Below are positions 59,020 through 64,000 of a DNA stretch of 64,000 nucleotides, in pieces. The position numbers and the translations under genes are program-made. How positions within the stretch are numbered: the first letter of the stretch is position 1; each line of letters begins with the position of its first letter. Origin of the DNA: an uncultured archaeon. GTDB taxonomy: Archaea; Asgardarchaeota; Lokiarchaeia; Sigyniarchaeales; SOKP01. The notes under the pieces are model-generated. The model ran no database searches. It worked only from the letters and a program-made list of their open reading frames with translations, and was not told where the DNA came from. Where the stretch lies: assembly GCA_964388035.1 (NCBI GenBank), contig CAYLZE010000008.1, forward strand, positions 10,239 to 74,238, read 5' to 3'.

Positions 59020-59823
59020 ATGTACCAAAACAATTCCCATAAAGTCAAACTATTAATAATTAATCCACATCCTGACGATGCAGAATTCGCTTGCGCATCC
59101 ACTTGTAAACAAGCGATTGAACTGGGATGGGAGGTTTATGAAATTTTAATGACCTCTGATGAATATGGAACTACAAGAAAAGAGTTTAAAGGAGAAAGGA
59201 TTAAAAGAATCAGAAAACATGAGATGAGAGAAGCAGTAAAAGTCTATGGAGTAAATCCCGATGGAACTCCTAAAATCAATTTAATTTGGTTTGGCGAAAT
59301 TGATGGATATCTCCCCTTTAATAGAAAGGTCTTCCTAAAACTCAAAAGAATTATCTTGAGAATTAATCCCGATATCGTAATCGGGCCGGATAGCTTTTTT
59401 TCAATGGATTTGCATCCTGATCATGAACATGCAGGATGGCTCGTTTATTTAGCAATCAAGTCAATCAAACCCTCATTGAGACCTACTTTACTTTTATATC
59501 TCTCGTTTAATCCTAATCTTTACATTCCGATTAAGGATCTATCGATTCAATTAGAAGCGTGGTCAAAACACGTTTCTCAAACTAGTCCATTAGGTCTGAA
59601 GATTCTCAAACCTTTAAGGTTGATTTATTATTTATTAAGGATGCGCAAAATTGGACCTGTTTTTGCAGAAGGGTTTAGGAAAGTAAATTTTACTGAGAAT
59701 GAGAATAAAATTAGAACATTCAAACATGAATTTCTTTACACTTTTATCGTAAAAAGAATGAGCGGTCCTCCTAAAGAAAGATATCTCCCGACACCCACAG
59801 AATTAGGATTAAATATAAAATAA
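59020..59823 (+). CDS. PIG-L/LmbE-family deacetylase (second, divergent copy)
   Basis: LIINPHPDDAEFACAS and HPDHEHAG motifs. Confidence 0.75.
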   Translation: MYQNNSHKVKLLIINPHPDDAEFACASTCKQAIELGWEVYEILMTSDEYGTTRKEFKGERIKRIRKHEMREAVKVYGVNPDGTPKINLIWFGEIDGYLPFNRKVFLKLKRIILRINPDIVIGPDSFFSMDLHPDHEHAGWLVYLAIKSIKPSLRPTLLLYLSFNPNLYIPIKDLSIQLEAWSKHVSQTSPLGLKILKPLRLIYYLLRMRKIGPVFAEGFRKVNFTENENKIRTFKHEFLYTFIVKRMSGPPKERYLPTPTELGLNIK

Positions 59824-59938
59824 ATATTTTCAAAGATATAGTCTCCCTTCAATAAAAACCGAATATTTATAAGATGAAGAATCAAAATAAATACTTAACA
59901 TTCTAAAATAATTCAAACAAAAAATAGAGAAAAAAAAA

Positions 59939-61357
59939 ATGGAAAACGAAAATCTACAATCAACAGGACCACGAAAATTCAGTATCAAAGAGCGATTATA
60001 TTGGGGATCAGCTTCTTTCGGTGGGGCAATTATAAGTGGAATTTATGCGAGTCTCTTACCCATATTTTTTACGGACTATCTTGGACTAGTGGAATCCGCA
60101 TGGATAATTTACGTTGTGAGCTTTATCTATGCAATCTGGAATGCGATTAATGATCCCATATTTGGTATCATAAGCGATAGAACCAAGTCAAAAAAAGGAA
60201 GAAGAATCCCTTTCATGCGTTATACTGCCCCGTTCTTGGCATTGTTTTTCATATTTATTTGGTTTGCAGATCCAAGCTTCTCAGAATTCGCTCTTTTTTG
60301 GTGGATGCTGATTACGATGCTTCTTTATGATACCGCTTATACAATCATCTTTTTAGTGTTTTCAGCATTATTACCAGAAATTACCGAATCAGAGCCAGAG
60401 CGAAATGGACTACAAGTATTTAGTTCTTTTTTTAGCTTGATTGGTCAAATTCTTGGATTCGTTATTCCTGACATATTTAGACACCAAGCAAGTTTTCTTC
60501 CTCTTAGAATGTCGATGATTGCTGTAGGAATAATTGGCGCAGGATTCATCATGCTGACAACCTATAAGTTCAAAGAACGCCCCGAATTCACGACAGTCGA
60601 TCAACCATTAGGATTGTGGGACATGGTAAAGTTCACTTTTAAAAGTAAGGCGTTCATTGTTGCCGTGATTGCAAATTTCATGAGCATTCTCCTCCAGTCA
60701 TTAATACTAGGTTCGCTTTTTTATTTAGCAGATTATGTTACACAAACTTCCACGATAATTCTAATAATCTTCGTCTTTGTTCCCTTGCTTATAGGAATTT
60801 GGATCACGCCCCAGTTGATTAAGAAATGGGGAGTCGTTAAATCGGATCAACTATTACTTGTCATCGGTGGTATAGGATTGATTCTTTTAACATTCATGCC
60901 AACGAATATAACTATTTATATCTCATTGGTGATTGCTTCATTTGGATTTGTCGGGCCGCTAGTCTACACGAACCTGCTATTTGCCCAAGTGTGTGATGAA
61001 GATGAAATACGCACGGGTGTGAGAAGAGAAGCGATGTTTTTTGGTGTAAATGCCTTGATTACTAAGCCCGCTCAGAGCGTTGCTTTAGTGATCCCAGTAG
61101 CACTTTTAGCCGCCACGGGGTTCATTCCTCGAACATTAACTGGTGGAATAGCGGACCCCAGTATTCAACCTGCAGCAGCTCTATTTGCCATAAGACTCTT
61201 TATTGGATTAATTCCTGGTATTGCATTGATTTTAGAAGCCCTAATTTTATTGGCTTATCCTTTAAAGGGAGAATATTGGACAAAGATCCAAAAAGAGATT
61301 TTAATTCTTCATGATGAGAAGCATAAGAAATTACAGGAAATGATGAAAAAACAATAA
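59939..61357 (+). CDS. GPH/MFS-family glycoside:cation symporter
   Basis: 472 aa with about 12 TM helices. NDPIFGIISDRTKSKKGRRIPFM is the GPH signature region. Confidence 0.75.
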   Translation: MENENLQSTGPRKFSIKERLYWGSASFGGAIISGIYASLLPIFFTDYLGLVESAWIIYVVSFIYAIWNAINDPIFGIISDRTKSKKGRRIPFMRYTAPFLALFFIFIWFADPSFSEFALFWWMLITMLLYDTAYTIIFLVFSALLPEITESEPERNGLQVFSSFFSLIGQILGFVIPDIFRHQASFLPLRMSMIAVGIIGAGFIMLTTYKFKERPEFTTVDQPLGLWDMVKFTFKSKAFIVAVIANFMSILLQSLILGSLFYLADYVTQTSTIILIIFVFVPLLIGIWITPQLIKKWGVVKSDQLLLVIGGIGLILLTFMPTNITIYISLVIASFGFVGPLVYTNLLFAQVCDEDEIRTGVRREAMFFGVNALITKPAQSVALVIPVALLAATGFIPRTLTGGIADPSIQPAAALFAIRLFIGLIPGIALILEALILLAYPLKGEYWTKIQKEILILHDEKHKKLQEMMKKQ

Positions 61358-61527
61358 AATTACATATTTTTTTCTTTTCATTTACTTCTTTTAATTTATT
61401 TAATCAAATTAAATCGCGTTATCTGTAGTTTCATTTTTTCTGAGCAATTTAATCAACTTTAAATCGGAATGATTAAATAAAAAAATAGAAGAAATTGGAA
61501 CGATTTAAACTTTTTTTGAGATTTTCT

Positions 61528-63555
61528 TCATAAATATTCGAATTTAGCTTCTTGGAGCATATTTCTGGAAGAATTCCCAATTAAAATTTTAAAAATTCCT
61601 TTTTCAGATTTCCATACATTATCCTGTTCATCAAAAAAACGTAAATCTTGTTCTTTTATTGTAAATTTAACCGTGGTTTTTTCTTTTGGGTTCAATATCA
61701 CTTTCCTAAATCCTATTAATTCCTTTAAAGGTCTTTTTATACTACTTTCTACATCTTGCAAATATAACTGTACGATTTCAGCACCTTTCTTGTCACCTAT
61801 ATTAATGATATCAATTGATACTATGAGGTCCTGCTCTTTATTCATTTTTGGGCTGCTTAAATTTATATTCTCGAAAGCAAAGTTTGTATAGGAAAGACCG
61901 AATCCAAAAGGAAATTGCGGTTCGATTTGCTTGGTATCATGATGTCGATACCCAATAAAAATATCTTCCGCATAAAGCACGTCTTTATCACCAGGATATG
62001 TTTCTTTCGAGCCGTGTGCAGGAGAATCGGTTAATTCTTTAGGAAAGGTGATTGGTAATTTTCCAGAAGGATTCACTTCTCCGAAAAGCACATTCGCAAG
62101 AGCATTTCCGCCTTCTAAGCCAGCATACCATGGAATAACTACCGCGGGAACTTCTTCAATCCATTCTTTCATGCTAACGGGGCTTCCAATTATTAATACA
62201 ACAATAATATTTGGGTTTTTTAAGGCTGTCTCTTGTATCTTTCTTACTTGGTCCTCGGGAAGATGAAAGGAACTTTTATCTTGACCTTCCGCATCCATGT
62301 TAGCTTCATGATTCAACCCCCCAAAAAATATAACTACATCAGCTTCAGAAGGAGAGGCATTGAGGTCAATCTTTCCATTACATATACTTTTTAAGCCTTG
62401 AAGAGGAGTAATTTCATATGGAGGGCGAATTTCCGAGCTTCCTCCATCCTCGGCCATTCTCTTATCAGCATTGGGACCTAATATGGCTATCTTCTTTACT
62501 TTATTTGTATCCAACGGCAACAAATTGTTTTCATTCTTTAAAAGGACAATTCCCTCTTCAGCAATTCTCCTTGCTATCTGTTGATGCTCGGGAGTATTTC
62601 TGCTGCCTTTAGGAAGGGTACTCTCATCATCAAATAGACCTACTAGGAACATGACTCTCAAGAGTCTTCTTATATTCTCATCAAGTGCTTCTTGCGAGAA
62701 TTTACTTGCATCATATGCTTTCTGCATCCTTTTTACCTTATATTGTATGGGACGTGGCATTTCCAAGCTGAGTCCAGCGTTAATACAGTTTTCAATACTA
62801 GTACAATGAGCAGTTGCTCCCCAATCAGTAACTACAAATCCACGGAATCCCCACTCTTGCATTAGTCTCTTTTTTAATAGATCCTCACTTTCACTTCCGT
62901 ATATGCCATTCACTTTATTATAACAACTCATGAAAGACCACGCATCTGCTTCCGTCACGGTTGCTTTAAAGGCAGGCAAGTATATTTCTTGGAGGGCTCT
63001 TTCACTCACTTTAGCATTATAAATAAAGCGATTCGTTTCTTGATTATTACAGGCGTAATGTTTTACACATGCTGCTATCTTTTGACTCTGAATGCCTTTC
63101 ACTGTTGCGACAGCGAGTTTTTTATTAAGATAGGGATCTTCAGTTTGATATTCAAAAGTCCTCCCGCCCATTGGAGTACGATCAATATTGATGCCTGGAC
63201 CTAAGATCATGTGATATCCGATTTCTCTGACCTCTTCCCCCACGGAAATTCCGAATTTCTCTGAAAGTTCTGGATTCCAAGTTGCCGCCCTGCATATTGC
63301 GGTAGGGAAATATGTGCATTCTTTTTCTCCAGAACTATGTGGAGCAATTCCATGAGGTCCATCAGTCATTTTGAAAGATGTTACTCCCAATCTCTTGATT
63401 GGTTTGGTATACCACATTTGCTTGCCCGAACAGAGTTTAAATTTTTCTTTTAATGTCAATCTGTTCAGTAGGTCTTCAACCCTTTCTTCGAGAGCGAGGT
63501 TCATGTTCATGAAAGGAAGCTTTGAAAGCTCATCTTCAGAAATTTTCTCATTCAT
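61528..63555 (-). CDS. glycoside hydrolase family 3 (BglX-like beta-glucosidase) with a C-terminal Fn3-like domain
   Basis: KHYACNNQE, GFVVTDWGA (nucleophile Asp), a/b sandwich domain, FGFGLSYTNF, VQLYL. Confidence 0.85.
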   Translation of the reverse strand: MNEKISEDELSKLPFMNMNLALEERVEDLLNRLTLKEKFKLCSGKQMWYTKPIKRLGVTSFKMTDGPHGIAPHSSGEKECTYFPTAICRAATWNPELSEKFGISVGEEVREIGYHMILGPGINIDRTPMGGRTFEYQTEDPYLNKKLAVATVKGIQSQKIAACVKHYACNNQETNRFIYNAKVSERALQEIYLPAFKATVTEADAWSFMSCYNKVNGIYGSESEDLLKKRLMQEWGFRGFVVTDWGATAHCTSIENCINAGLSLEMPRPIQYKVKRMQKAYDASKFSQEALDENIRRLLRVMFLVGLFDDESTLPKGSRNTPEHQQIARRIAEEGIVLLKNENNLLPLDTNKVKKIAILGPNADKRMAEDGGSSEIRPPYEITPLQGLKSICNGKIDLNASPSEADVVIFFGGLNHEANMDAEGQDKSSFHLPEDQVRKIQETALKNPNIIVVLIIGSPVSMKEWIEEVPAVVIPWYAGLEGGNALANVLFGEVNPSGKLPITFPKELTDSPAHGSKETYPGDKDVLYAEDIFIGYRHHDTKQIEPQFPFGFGLSYTNFAFENINLSSPKMNKEQDLIVSIDIINIGDKKGAEIVQLYLQDVESSIKRPLKELIGFRKVILNPKEKTTVKFTIKEQDLRFFDEQDNVWKSEKGIFKILIGNSSRNMLQEAKFEYL

Positions 63556-63687
63556 TTCAAGTCATTGAATTTAATTTGATAAGTAATAATATAATATAGA
63601 AAAGGATTTTCTTAAACCTTATTTATTCAAGTTCTTTTTTCTTGTCATATTGAGAATCATCAATTCTATTAAGATAAAGAGAATATT

Positions 63688-64000
63688 TTATTCCACGTTC
63701 TCTTTTTTAAGCTTCTCCATGGCTTTACGTTCTAAAGTTTTTGAATAGGTCTCCCATTTATCTGCTTCTCCAGCATTTTTTCTTTGAATTATAAATTTAC
63801 ACGTTTTGGCTCCTGATGGGATGGTAGAAGTAAATTCTACTTGAAATTCAGAAGAGAAAACATGATCTCTAAAATAGTCTAATATTCCTTGAACCAAATA
63901 GCGTTGAACCCTACAATCAAATGCAGAATATACATCTTGTAAAGGACACCATAGTATATCAAAAGAGCACCTATCCTCACTTTCAATCACGGGATCTTCG
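63688..64000 (-). CDS. hypothetical protein, C-terminal part (ORF open to the window edge); weak resemblance to the ATC-hydrolase-like Cys motif family
   Basis: The frame stays open upstream of the GTG at 63990 (..EDPVIESEDRCSFDILWCPLQ..GAKTCKFIIQRK). Confidence 0.3.
   Translation of the reverse strand, partial: EDPVIESEDRCSFDILWCPLQDVYSAFDCRVQRYLVQGILDYFRDHVFSSEFQVEFTSTIPSGAKTCKFIIQRKNAGEADKWETYSKTLERKAMEKLKKENVE

Overview
This is an AT-rich, gene-dense chromosomal window, most likely from an archaeon. I infer an Asgard/Loki-like lineage from several features:
- two roadblock/LC7 genes
- an Rpn10/Ssl1-type vWA protein with RING-like fingers
- a giant sequon-rich, C-terminally anchored surface protein
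- tungsten-type aldehyde:ferredoxin oxidoreductase
- an HdrD-like Fe-S protein
- MetRS with an appended tRNA-binding domain

I found no rRNA, tRNA or CRISPR array.

Gene content by region:
- 0-3 kb: partial DtxR/MntR-like gene, DUF5320 RGG-rich protein, ABC-2 exporter pair.
- 4-20 kb: acyl-CoA/fatty-acid style genes (acyl-CoA synthetase, two paralogous enoyl-CoA hydratases, thioesterase) mixed with D-lyxose isomerase, agmatinase, Fe-S, OsmC and flavoprotein genes.
- 14.8-16.6 kb: a visibly GC-richer ISL3-like insertion sequence with 23-bp imperfect inverted repeats, an 8-bp target duplication and a broken transposase.
- 16.8-31 kb: PAS sensor, duplicated Lrp, an HdrD-like/cysteine-peptidase-like/radical-SAM/FGase-like block, and an MBL/Fe-S/AOR/LarA_N-like block.
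- 31-39 kb: roadblock pair, 1386-aa surface glycoprotein candidate, M20 peptidase, vWA-RING protein.
- 39-49 kb: MetRS, divergent RtcB-like protein, an unknown+P-loop ATPase pair, HEAT-repeat protein, SagB-like, PadR and GyrI-like genes.
- 49-64 kb: acyl-CoA dehydrogenase with an extra C-terminal domain, a decayed DUF433/DUF5615 pair, a two-gene membrane hexapeptide-repeat system, and a glycoside-utilisation locus (TetR, two PIG-L deacetylases, GPH transporters of which one is interrupted, GH3).

The most interesting candidates are the vWA-double-RING protein (38.1-39.3 kb), the membrane-embedded triple hexapeptide-repeat pair resembling the C-terminal polymerase part of Pls-type synthetases (51.7-54.2 kb), and the divergent RtcB-like gene with the adjacent unknown/P-loop operon (41.5-44.8 kb).

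All family assignments come from motif recognition by eye. No searches were run.
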